Shown here: one piece after another, positions 8,781 through 17,684 of the stretch | Position numbering within the stretch: position 1 is the first letter of the stretch | Layout of the letters: each line of letters opens with the position of its first letter | NCBI GenBank assembly: GCA_965603705.1 | Contig: CBFDDY010000003.1 | Location: 1 to 34,292 of the forward strand | Direction of reading: 5' to 3' | Source of the DNA: an uncultured bacterium | GTDB lineage: Bacteria > Acidobacteriota > Aminicenantia > Aminicenantales > Aminicenantaceae | DNA: 34,292 nt | Position numbers and translations under genes: made by a program | Notes under the pieces: generated by a model | What the model saw: only the letters and a program-made list of their open reading frames with translations | Told to the model about the DNA's origin: nothing | The model's database searches: none

Positions 8781-9820
8781 TTGACCTAAAAGGACGGGAT
8801 GTCCTCACAACTAATGAGTGGAAGAAGGAAGAGCTAGACCAAGTTCTTGATCTTGCTATAAAACTTAAATCGATGGGAGATCAAGCCAAGTCGCTTGATC
8901 TTCTAAACGGCAAGACCCTTTTACTGCTGTTCTTCCGTGGCTCAACCCGAACACGCATCTCATTTACCGCTGCTATGGAACAATTGGGAGGCTATGTCCA
9001 AATTCCAGATCCGGAAGGCCTTCGATTGAGTCTTGAAGACCGCCCTGGATTTGGAGAATCGCTGAAAGACACCGCTAAAGTCACTGATAGATATGTTGAC
9101 TGTGTAGGTATTCGCCTCAGCGGCCCTACTCCCAACAAAGATGGTGTACTGAGACCTGGCCTTGGAGATGCTATAACTAGAAAATATGCTGAGTTTTCGA
9201 AGAAACCGATTATCAATCTTGCCTGCGATATGCAACATCCAACCCAGGCAATGGCTGATATTATGGTAATGCAGGAAAGCATAGGGAATCTTAAAGGAAA
9301 GAAGCTCGTTGCTCACTGGGCGTATTCACCCATTGTCCGTCATTACACCTCGATTCAGGCTGATGCACTCGTTGCAGCGACATATGGTATGGATGTCACC
9401 ATTGCCTATCCTGAAGGATATGAACTAGATCCTGAAACGGAGTCACTCATTCGGGAGGAATGCGCCAAAAACGGTCAAAAATATGAAATATCTCATGATC
9501 TTCAGAGTGCGGCGGAAGGGGCTGATATTATTTTCCCGCGGACTTGGGTTTCCCCCAATTTTTATATACACACTAGGGAAGAGGAATCACGGATTGCTAA
9601 TAAGCACAAAGACTGGCGGCTGACCCAAAATCTTCTGAAACGAACCAATAATGCGCGCTTTATTCATGTGATGCCCTTTGATCGGGGGAATGAAGTCGAC
9701 GACAGCGTTGCAGACGGCCCGAATTCCCTTGTGTATGACCAGGCAGAGAACCTTCTTCACGTTAGAAAAGCCTTCCTGGCTTCTGTTCTGGCCGATGTTG
9801 ATGTTTTAGAAAAGCTTTAG
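8777..9820 (+). CDS. Carbamoyltransferase, YgeW/N-acylornithine (knotted) type, divergent
   Basis: STRTR.SF, ES..DTA.V, HPTQ..AD, HWAYSP, FPRTW, HVMP.DRG.EV, QAEN; overlaps the upstream stop (ATGA). Confidence 0.9.
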   Translation: MIDLKGRDVLTTNEWKKEELDQVLDLAIKLKSMGDQAKSLDLLNGKTLLLLFFRGSTRTRISFTAAMEQLGGYVQIPDPEGLRLSLEDRPGFGESLKDTAKVTDRYVDCVGIRLSGPTPNKDGVLRPGLGDAITRKYAEFSKKPIINLACDMQHPTQAMADIMVMQESIGNLKGKKLVAHWAYSPIVRHYTSIQADALVAATYGMDVTIAYPEGYELDPETESLIREECAKNGQKYEISHDLQSAAEGADIIFPRTWVSPNFYIHTREEESRIANKHKDWRLTQNLLKRTNNARFIHVMPFDRGNEVDDSVADGPNSLVYDQAENLLHVRKAFLASVLADVDVLEKL

Positions 9821-9852
9821 TGATATAATGTCAATTTAATAAGGAATCTTAA

Positions 9853-10704
9853 ATTCACAAGAAAATTCTATCAGTAAAGATTGAGATCTTAGGAATAAGC
9901 TTCCTGGTATTGTTTGCTTTGTTTTTCAAGCCTGTCACTATGGAAGCGATTCAACTAAGAAGCACGCAACCAAATTTAACCCCGGTTCCCAAAAACGTTA
10001 AATTTGATTTCGAGCGATGGCCCTACCCCTTGTATGATGAGGTCATTGCACGTTTTCGCGAACTGACCCGTAAGTACCCGAAGCTTGCCCGCATGCATAA
10101 CATTGGCAAGAGCGGGGAAGGACGGGACCTTTGGGTAATTGAGATAACCAACAGCGAAACCGGACCGGGCGATTCTAAACCGGCAATGTGGGGAGATGCC
10201 GGCATGCACGCCGGCGAGGTAACCGGGAGACCGGTCATGCAGTACTTCGTCGAAAGGTTGCTTGCAAGTCACGGCAAAGATCCCGTGATAAAAAATCTTG
10301 TCAACAGTCGAACTTTTTATGTAATGCCGGTTATGGACGCTGATGGTGGTGAATTGGTGCTTACCCGTCACCCGGCATGGCCGGGCTATGATCCATCACA
10401 GAGAAGAGGCAAAGACCTAGACGGTAATGGTTATATCACTCAGATGCGGGTGAAGGATCCGGACGGAAAGTATTACAAAAGCCCGATTGATCCACGCGTA
10501 ATGCTCCGGGTCAGGGATCGAGAGGGGGGTAGCTGGAATTACATTCCAACAACTTACGAAGAAGATAATTATTACTGGTACTCGGGAATACCGAATATGG
10601 GATGGAGGCATAAAGGGGAAGAACCTAAGGAATTTGATGATCCGTTTGGATTCCATGGGGAGAAGCAAACTATGATTAAAATAAGGAGGTTAAATTTTGG
10701 ATGA
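9853..10704 (+). pseudogene. Truncated M14 zinc carboxypeptidase (probably originally exported)
   Basis: IGKS.EGRDLW, zinc motif GMHAGE, FYVMPVM..DG, DLDGNGYITQMR. The ORF stops before a second Zn His or catalytic Glu would be expected. The frame is open back to 9853 with a signal-peptide-like stretch but no ATG there (ORF track starts at TTG 9910). Confidence 0.7.
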
Positions 10705-10799
10705 CATGCTATTAGGAAGCACTAATGTAAAGTTATCTCCGATGGCGATGACACGCTGCCAAATGATGCAGCGAAAATAATTAAAAGAGGAAAAAGACC

Positions 10800-11288
10800 A
10801 TGTTTGCATTTGCAAATCAACATCCGGAAAAACTTAAACTTGTTTTTAGTAGAGGGGGAACCTTAACCGCAACCCTATTATGGGACAAAGCCCCTAAAAC
10901 CTGTGAGGCGATGGTAGAGACACTGAAGAAGGGACCCGTGAAATCTGATGATCACGGACCTCTATTGCATGCGCAGTACGCAGGATCAGAAGTATATTTT
11001 GAAAACTTCCCCGCCCGTGACGATATTCCGTTTGAAAACACGACTATGCGTATAGACGAGAACATGTTCTGTACCAACAAGATCCCCGGTGGAGTACTGG
11101 CCTACTATGTAAACCCAAAAATCAAATCTTTCTGTATTGTATATGGAGAGCTTGTACCACGCAGAACTGTGGATGTAGAAATTCCCTTAAACATATTTGC
11201 CACAATTGATAACTGGGATGATGCCAAAGAGATTGGCAATAGAGCCCGTGTAGATGGACCCGGATCGGTTACTGTAGAGATTCTTTAA
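10800..11288 (+). CDS. Cyclophilin-like fold protein (DUF3830-like)
   Basis: A.LLW.KAPKTC, HAQYAGSEV, IPFEN.T, PGG...Y, IVYG, NIFATI; RBS AAGAGG. Confidence 0.75.
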   Translation: MFAFANQHPEKLKLVFSRGGTLTATLLWDKAPKTCEAMVETLKKGPVKSDDHGPLLHAQYAGSEVYFENFPARDDIPFENTTMRIDENMFCTNKIPGGVLAYYVNPKIKSFCIVYGELVPRRTVDVEIPLNIFATIDNWDDAKEIGNRARVDGPGSVTVEIL

Positions 11289-11304
11289 TAGGGAGGAAAA
11301 ACAC

Positions 11305-12597
11305 ATGTCCAACTATTTACGTACGAAAGAGGTTCTCGAAAAGAACTATGCAGAACACGAACAGCTTTTTAGGGAAGCATACAAAGCATCTCTGATCAGC
11401 ATAGACAATTTTCAGGATTGGATTTCCAGAAAAATCAAAGAATTGGGAATGGAAGCCGAGCATTTTCGGGTGCAGGGTAACGAGCTGAAAGAGCAACCCT
11501 CCTTCCACTTCACTTACCGTGATCCGGATTCGATCGAAGAGGGTCCGAAGAATATAGTCGGCTATCTGAATAAGGAGGCAACAGACGGCATTCTGCTGTT
11601 CGCCCACGCGGACAAAAGACCTGAGACCTACGAGTATGGGAAAACTATCCCTGATATAGTGGAAAAAGACGGCAGGTACTACGGTGCTGGTATTGCAGAT
11701 GATGTGTCCGGTTTGGCTGCCATGCTATCTGCGGTTAAACTGTACAATGACCTAGGATATACTCTCAAGAAGAAGGTGATGATTGCGAGCATCCTGGGTA
11801 AGCAGGGGGGGGTATTCGGCACCTTCGGGCTGATGCACCGCTATGGACCGATGAAGGCCGCCATCTACATGCATCCTGCGGAAAGTGGGGCTGGGCTGAA
11901 CGAGATGAAGATCGCGAGCAATGGTTTAATTGAGTTTAATATCCGGGTTACTGGAAAACATCCTGATTCAACCGAAGTACATCAGACTATCTTTTCAAAA
12001 TCGGCAGTCAGTGCGGTAGACAAACTAATCTATATCTACTCCGATCTTCATAAATGGGCTGAGAAACAGTCAAACAAGTATCATCACGAGCTTATCCATG
12101 AGGCGGCCCAGCAGTCATTTGCCCTTACAGTTGGGAAACTATTCTGCGGAAATGAAAATGAGACCTACGAAATACCGATCCATGGCTTCATGAAGGGGAC
12201 AATCAGTTTTCCTCCCAACGCAGAGCTAAAGGCAGTCCGGCAGGAGTTCGAACAGGAGCTTGACCGTATAAAAAATGCAGATCCATGGCTGGCAAAGGGG
12301 AACTTGTCCTTTACATACGGAGACAGGGTGGGTGAATCTGCGGAGTCAAACCTAGAGTGCGGTTTTATTCAGCACTCGATCGAGGTTGTTAAGGCTTTCG
12401 GTAAGACACCACAGTTCTTCTTCGGTCACAGCATGAGCGATATTCGCTATCCGCTGCTGGACTGGAACGCTGATGCAGCGTACGGAATTGGGCCATTGGC
12501 AGGCGATCTGGGAACGGAAGAGGAATGGGTTGATAAAGAGGAGTACATCCTTTCTATTGCAATCCTCACTGAGTTGATCAGAAAGGTTGCGGGTTAA
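11305..12597 (+). CDS. M20/ArgE-family metallo-hydrolase-like protein with non-canonical active site
   Basis: NIVG, LFAHAD, YGAG.ADD..G, dimerisation domain (I.VTGK...SAV.K), SDIRY, GIGP, EEWV; RBS GGGAGG. Confidence 0.85.
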   Translation: MSNYLRTKEVLEKNYAEHEQLFREAYKASLISIDNFQDWISRKIKELGMEAEHFRVQGNELKEQPSFHFTYRDPDSIEEGPKNIVGYLNKEATDGILLFAHADKRPETYEYGKTIPDIVEKDGRYYGAGIADDVSGLAAMLSAVKLYNDLGYTLKKKVMIASILGKQGGVFGTFGLMHRYGPMKAAIYMHPAESGAGLNEMKIASNGLIEFNIRVTGKHPDSTEVHQTIFSKSAVSAVDKLIYIYSDLHKWAEKQSNKYHHELIHEAAQQSFALTVGKLFCGNENETYEIPIHGFMKGTISFPPNAELKAVRQEFEQELDRIKNADPWLAKGNLSFTYGDRVGESAESNLECGFIQHSIEVVKAFGKTPQFFFGHSMSDIRYPLLDWNADAAYGIGPLAGDLGTEEEWVDKEEYILSIAILTELIRKVAG

Positions 12598-12614
12598 CAC
12601 ATTACTGCATTCGC

Positions 12615-12641
12615 TGGCGGGTATTGTGCCCGCCATTATTT
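12615..12641 (+). terminator. GC-rich intergenic hairpin followed by TTATTT (weak terminator or RNA stability element)
   Basis: TGGCGGGTA-TTG-TGCCCGCCA stem, then TTATTT, immediately before the next RBS. Confidence 0.45.
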
Positions 12642-12655
12642 AGGAGGACTATCAA

Positions 12656-13192
12656 ATGACAGAAGTTTGGGAACGGGATGCCAAGACACCCGATGAGTAC
12701 CATAATGTTGAATGCCAACGTGGTCGGGAGTTCATTATAAGGCTCACCACAGGAGCTGACATTTTTTTGGCCATACAGAAATTTGCCATTGACCATAATA
12801 TTCAATTCGCTAAAATCCATACGGCTTTTATGGGCGGACTGCAACCGGCGAAATATCTGGTGTGGGCTCCGGATACAACCGATCCTGATAACTGGCATAA
12901 GGAAGCCATTGCCACCACTGGGAACCTGAGCATGATCCTGGCTATGAGCGGTATAATCCATCCGCGACCTGGCAAAAAAAGTAAACCGGAACCGTTTCCG
13001 GCCATTCATTTTGTTGCCGGTGGCGCTTGGGATTGCTCCCCCTTTGGCGGCCACCTCGAACAGGGCAGCATCGTTAAAGGAGTACTGGAGTGTTTTATTA
13101 CTGAAATAACGGGAATAGAAAGCCTTTCACCTTTGGAGAGAGTGTATAAAGATAATGTATACCCCGAAAATTGGTACAAGCCAATTAAATAG
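12656..13192 (+). CDS. PPC/DUF296 domain protein
   Basis: GR...IRL..G.D...I..FA....I, MGGL, ILAMSG.I, IH, FGGHL..GS.V...ECFI.E; RBS AGGAGG. Confidence 0.85.
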   Translation: MTEVWERDAKTPDEYHNVECQRGREFIIRLTTGADIFLAIQKFAIDHNIQFAKIHTAFMGGLQPAKYLVWAPDTTDPDNWHKEAIATTGNLSMILAMSGIIHPRPGKKSKPEPFPAIHFVAGGAWDCSPFGGHLEQGSIVKGVLECFITEITGIESLSPLERVYKDNVYPENWYKPIK

Positions 13193-13325
13193 CGCGGAAT
13201 CCTACCGATAATCGGTTAAGCCAGAGAGTTGCTACCTCGGGCTTTCACAGTTGAGGCAATTACTATCAGCAAATCTCTACTTGCCTCCTCATTTTCTATC
13301 TTATATCTTTTTTCTTACATTGCGA

Positions 13326-13733
13326 TCAATCAGCATTGTGAAAAAGCTTGGCCTGGGCGGGATTCAGGAATTGTTGGATCTCTAGGGCATATCCACCCGG
13401 ATCTTCCAAGAAAAAGCAGCGCACCTGAATGTCCAGTTTTTTTTGTATCCCTGTCAGAAGCTTTACTCCTTTACTTTTCAGGCGCTCATACCATTCGTTC
13501 ACATCCTGGGTTAGAAGAGTTAAGAGGACAGCGTTGTGCTTTTGAGGTTTTAAGAAACCTTTTTCACCGGTTACAATACCTAGATAGCTGCTTCCAGTTA
13601 CCCGATAGATTTTGGTCCACTTCTGGTCTTCCACTAGCTCAAATCCCATCAATTGTTGGTAGAACTCTACTGCAGCCTCCAGATCGGGGTAGTAAAAAAA
13701 GGTTATTTGTCCATCTATGCTTTCCTTATTCAT
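13326..13733 (-). CDS. VOC (glyoxalase/bleomycin resistance) family protein
   Basis: ITFFYY.DLE.A.EFY...MGF, DV.EWY.RL...GV, FF.EDPGGY.LEIQ. Confidence 0.9.
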   Translation of the reverse strand: MNKESIDGQITFFYYPDLEAAVEFYQQLMGFELVEDQKWTKIYRVTGSSYLGIVTGEKGFLKPQKHNAVLLTLLTQDVNEWYERLKSKGVKLLTGIQKKLDIQVRCFFLEDPGGYALEIQQFLNPAQAKLFHNAD

Positions 13734-13974
13734 GTGTATCTACTGACTAATATTTCCTCATATTTTGGATACTACTATGATACCTCTTTTTATTAGAGTA
13801 AGCAATCGCATATTGTATTAATTTCTTCCATTCTTGAAAGATTTCAGCTTCAGCCAACAGATCCTGCCAATTACATTAAAAGCGTGAAATAAAGACTTCA
13901 TTTACGGCATTATCCCCGGTAAAGCCTAAGCAAGACCGCTAACTGAAAATACTAAATCAAACACTACATGCTGA

Positions 13975-16515
13975 TTATTTCTTTTTATCTCCGCTCATCT
14001 CGATCTCTCGGTTTAGCTCAATCATATCTACGTTTTGGGAATAATCACCGATAAGGTGTTTGCAGAAATAATCAGCCCTCAGCCAGAAAAAATATTTATT
14101 CATATCACCATATCCGTGGCGTTGTCCCGGGAAGAGAAAGAAATCAAAGCGTTTATTAGCGCGGATGAGGGCATTAGCAAGGAATATTGTGTTACCGGGG
14201 TGGACGTTGTTATCGATATCTCCAGTTGTGATCAGTAAGTGTCCTTTCAGATTATCTGCGACTTCAGAGTTTTTTTCAATGTCATATTCAAATTTGATCT
14301 CTCCTTCTTCATCGACTATTTCTTTGACTCCGTGATGTTTTTCACTCCACCAGCGGTTGTAGATGTTGTTCTCGTGGTTGCCCGAGGATGACACCGCTAC
14401 TTTAAAAAAATCAGGATAGACCAGCAAAGCTGCGGTTGACATAAAACCTCCGCCGGAATGGCCGAAAATACCGACTCTGTCGATGTTGATGAATGGATGC
14501 CGGTAAGCCAGCTGTTCAATGGCTGCTTTTTTGTCGGCTAGGCCGTAATCACGCAGGTTTCCGTACCCGTAATTATGGTACCATTTTGAACGGCTGGGAT
14601 GCCCCCCGCGGTTACCCAAAGTGACAACAATGAATCCGAATTGAGCCATCCGGTCGGTCCTGTCCATCCTTATAGAGAATGATTTACTTACGGCTTCGGT
14701 CTGTGGCCCGGGATATACGTAGGCTATGATGGGGTATAATTTATTTTCATCAAAGTTATACGGCTTGTACATGACTCCGTATATGTCGGTTATACCGTCA
14801 TCTGCTTTGACCTTAAAGGGTTCCGGGAATTTGTATCCTACTTCAAATAGCAGTGACAGGTCAGCAGTCTCAAGGTCTATGATTTTACTCCCGAGATTAT
14901 TGAGGAGCTCTGATTTGGGGATTGTATTAACTCGGGAGTAGTTGTTTACGAAAAAAGTACTTGAATCATTCATGCTTACGTTAAAGTTAAAATTGCCCTT
15001 ATTAAGCATCTTAAGACCTGATCCATCAAAATTTATGTAGTAAAGATGGGTGTAATAAGGATCTTCATCCTTTTCCCTGGCATTAGCAGTAAAATAGAGG
15101 ACCCGGTTTTTTGAATCGATTCCCACAATATAGTTACAGTGAAAGGGCCCTGATGTGATCTGTTTTTTTAGGTTGCCTTCCCCGTCATAAAGGTAGAAAT
15201 GAGCCCACCCATCTCTTTCAGACCAGTGGATAAGCTCTTTACCATTGTTTACCAGGCCGGGGGCTCTCATCTCCACATAGGTATTAAGGCGCTCTTCGAT
15301 AAGAACTTTTGTATCACCAGTTGCAGTATCGGCAACACAGATATCAATGCGGTGCAGGTCGCGGCTTGTGCGTGAAAAGTATAGTTTGTCCGAAGTCTCT
15401 GCCAACCACAGGCTCGGCCGATTTTCATCATCCCGGTTTTTTGCCAATCTGGGTGCATAAAGAATTGATACAGTCTGGTCTTTGAATTTGTCATCATCGA
15501 TTTGAGTCTTTTCTTTGGTTTCAAGATCGAAGATGTGAATCTCGTCTTGAGGGGCTTCAGGTTCTCCTGGCATCTGGTATTTGTATGTTTCCAGAGTGGG
15601 CCGCTTTTTAGCCACTGAATTGATCACCCACAGGTCCTTGACCTTGCGGTTATCTGTTTTTGTCATAGCAAATTTTTTCGAGTCTCGGGACCAGACTATC
15701 CGCACTGATTTGCGTTTATCCTTGTTTTTTTCCTTATCTACATTTGTCTCGCCCCGGTCTCCACCTCCATAGCTGTAATGTTCTTCTCCGTCTGTTGTGA
15801 GTTGATGTTCTTCAATATCCGGATCTTTTTTATCTTTCAAGTATTTATCATAATTTTCTTTATTCATGTAATAAAGATTGTACTGGCGGGAGAAAACAAT
15901 TATCTCGCCATCCGGGGAAATGGAGGCCCATTTTGCTTTTTCCGGAGGTTTTTTATAGTCTTTGATCTGGGTAAGTTTACCCGTGGCCAGTTCGTATTCA
16001 AAACCTAATATTTTCTTTTTGGGTTTTTTATCTTTTTCTTCTTCTTCTGTTCCGTTCTCTTCCTCTTTCTCTTCTTTTTTCTCTTCACCTTTTTCTTCCT
16101 TTTTTTCTTCGTACTGGGAGCTTTCCACCTCAAATTGAATGGCGCTTTCTTTTTTTATAAATTTGAATTCCTTTATGGGAAGATGTTTGGCGTCATAAGG
16201 ATCTTTTGTTATTCGGGTAAGCATAGATGCCATCTTGACATTGTCGAAGATAGGCCTTTTAATCTTTCTAACCGGATCGACTAAGTAGAATGTCTTTCCT
16301 TCCGGGGTTTCATAGCTGTACCAGAAGCGCTCGCTGTATTTAAGCCAGTGGGGGTCAACAGAAGTGCTGAATACCATTTTTTCCAGTTTGGCCGAAGAAA
16401 AGCGGGCGGCCAGTTTGTAATTGGCTTTTTTTATGGGGGTGTTCTCAGCCAGAATGCTGATAGATGTTAAACAAAATACCAAGATAATAATTGCAAAAAC
16501 ATGCCTTTTTTTCAT
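13975..16515 (-). CDS. Exported S9 family peptidase (dipeptidyl peptidase IV-like)
   Basis: Signal peptide; DPP IV N-terminal propeller (SPDG, WSRDSKK, WSERDGW.H.Y); YVYPGPQ; nucleophile GHSGGG; G..D.NVHP; Q.HGY; RBS AAGGAGG. Confidence 0.95.
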   Translation of the reverse strand: MKKRHVFAIIILVFCLTSISILAENTPIKKANYKLAARFSSAKLEKMVFSTSVDPHWLKYSERFWYSYETPEGKTFYLVDPVRKIKRPIFDNVKMASMLTRITKDPYDAKHLPIKEFKFIKKESAIQFEVESSQYEEKKEEKGEEKKEEKEEENGTEEEEKDKKPKKKILGFEYELATGKLTQIKDYKKPPEKAKWASISPDGEIIVFSRQYNLYYMNKENYDKYLKDKKDPDIEEHQLTTDGEEHYSYGGGDRGETNVDKEKNKDKRKSVRIVWSRDSKKFAMTKTDNRKVKDLWVINSVAKKRPTLETYKYQMPGEPEAPQDEIHIFDLETKEKTQIDDDKFKDQTVSILYAPRLAKNRDDENRPSLWLAETSDKLYFSRTSRDLHRIDICVADTATGDTKVLIEERLNTYVEMRAPGLVNNGKELIHWSERDGWAHFYLYDGEGNLKKQITSGPFHCNYIVGIDSKNRVLYFTANAREKDEDPYYTHLYYINFDGSGLKMLNKGNFNFNVSMNDSSTFFVNNYSRVNTIPKSELLNNLGSKIIDLETADLSLLFEVGYKFPEPFKVKADDGITDIYGVMYKPYNFDENKLYPIIAYVYPGPQTEAVSKSFSIRMDRTDRMAQFGFIVVTLGNRGGHPSRSKWYHNYGYGNLRDYGLADKKAAIEQLAYRHPFINIDRVGIFGHSGGGFMSTAALLVYPDFFKVAVSSSGNHENNIYNRWWSEKHHGVKEIVDEEGEIKFEYDIEKNSEVADNLKGHLLITTGDIDNNVHPGNTIFLANALIRANKRFDFFLFPGQRHGYGDMNKYFFWLRADYFCKHLIGDYSQNVDMIELNREIEMSGDKKK

Positions 16516-16646
16516 TTAAATACCCTCCTTAAAATTTTTTAGATGAGTTAGAATTAATCACCAAGTTTCTCATTTAAAGATTAAAAATTATACTTATTTG
16601 TTTTAGGAAATTCAATAAAAAATCGCGATAATAATTGGGTTATGCC

Positions 16647-16675
16647 TTGACAATTTGACTGCTTCATTATAAATT
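16647..16675 (+). promoter_or_regulatory. Putative sigma70 promoter of the PP-loop gene (TTGACA-17 bp-TAAATT)
   Basis: Perfect -35 box with an AT-rich -10, about 90 bp upstream of the ATG at 16766. Confidence 0.5.
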
Positions 16676-16765
16676 TGGCAAAATTCTTTGATTAACCTGT
16701 AGTATTCATAAAAAATGTCGATTACAAAGATAGATTACAGCGAAAACAAAAAGGAATCCTAAACA

Positions 16766-17560
16766 ATGAATAAAGAACTAAAAAATGAAGTTGTCATCCA
16801 ATTTTCAGGCGGAATTGATTCTCTTTATGTTGCTTATTTGCTTGCTCAAAAATATGATAAAATTCATCTTCTGACTTTCTATAAAGGTTATCTTCACTTT
16901 GGACTGAATTTCAGTGAGCCAAATATAAAGAATTTAAAGAGATTATTTGGCGAAGACAAGATAGTATTCAAAGTTGTTAATATGAAATCTCTGTTTAAAA
17001 AAATGGCTGTTAAAAACTTCTTTAAGGACTTAAAAAAGTTCGGAAATGAAATATCCTGGTGTATTCCATGCCGGGCGTCAATGACAATAATGAGTATTAT
17101 ATATGCAGTTGAAAATGATATTAGAGACTTTACTGATGGGGCAAACTGGGAACAGGCCCCTGATCAAGAAAATCTATTAACAACAGCAGATAATTACCCT
17201 GGTTATCTGAAATTATTGAGAGAATTTTCTAAAACATACAGTGTTAATTATTTTTCCCCGGTATATAACCTAAATACAAGAAAAGAAAGAAGAGATCTGT
17301 TATTGGAAAAGGGATTTTATATTGACTGGAACAGCCTCGATGTAGAAAAACCAAAGTCTCTCAAGAATTTTGTTAAAAAGGATTTTTATAAAAGATATCA
17401 ACCCATGTGTATTTCCGGCTGGCTTATTCACTGGAAAAGGAATTTATTTAATAAAAAAGAGGATGTTTCAGAAGAGAAAGTGTTAGATCTAGTCGAACCC
17501 AAACTGAGAAGTATTGGAAAGGAATTTATAAAAGACTGCTTGTCCCAAAAAACAAAATGA
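16766..17560 (+). CDS. PP-loop (adenine nucleotide alpha-hydrolase superfamily) protein of unknown function
   Basis: QFSGGIDS...LLTF PP-loop, CIPC motif, TDG.N, SPVY; AT-rich coding sequence. Confidence 0.8.
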   Translation: MNKELKNEVVIQFSGGIDSLYVAYLLAQKYDKIHLLTFYKGYLHFGLNFSEPNIKNLKRLFGEDKIVFKVVNMKSLFKKMAVKNFFKDLKKFGNEISWCIPCRASMTIMSIIYAVENDIRDFTDGANWEQAPDQENLLTTADNYPGYLKLLREFSKTYSVNYFSPVYNLNTRKERRDLLLEKGFYIDWNSLDVEKPKSLKNFVKKDFYKRYQPMCISGWLIHWKRNLFNKKEDVSEEKVLDLVEPKLRSIGKEFIKDCLSQKTK

Positions 17561-17684
17561 AACCACCTCAAGCTGACCTTTAAAGCAGAACGCCCTCCAC
17601 CACCTCAAGATCAGCGAACCTGGATTAATCACGAGTCTAGGTTGCCGCAGATACGAGGCGCAGGGGATGAAGCTGTGGTATTTC
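16794..17684 (+). repeat. Left copy of a directly duplicated segment
   Basis: 16794-16926 equals 22682-22814, and 17462-17684 equals 22815-23037 apart from one substitution (T17515 vs C22868). Confidence 0.97.

Noticed and set aside
7395-9820. Pyrimidine or arginine biosynthesis (pyrC-pyrB or argF)
   Set aside because: The amidohydrolase has hydantoinase-type motifs, the transferase lacks ATC and OTC substrate signatures, and the neighbours are catabolic.
13195-13285. Minus-strand GAGGAGG followed by LLIVIASTVKARG, resembling the start of a small ABM-type gene
   Set aside because: Too short to support a call.
13229-13750. 173-aa plus-strand ORF and the many other short overlapping ORFs (e.g. 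927-1316, 12602-13054, 26873-27421, 33737-34201)
   Set aside because: They are antisense or alternate-frame shadows of well-supported genes, without motifs.
17562-17609. 11-bp direct repeat ACCACCTCAAG, 37 bp apart, as a CRISPR remnant or att site
   Set aside because: Only two short units, no cas or integrase gene, and it does not coincide with the insertion junctions.
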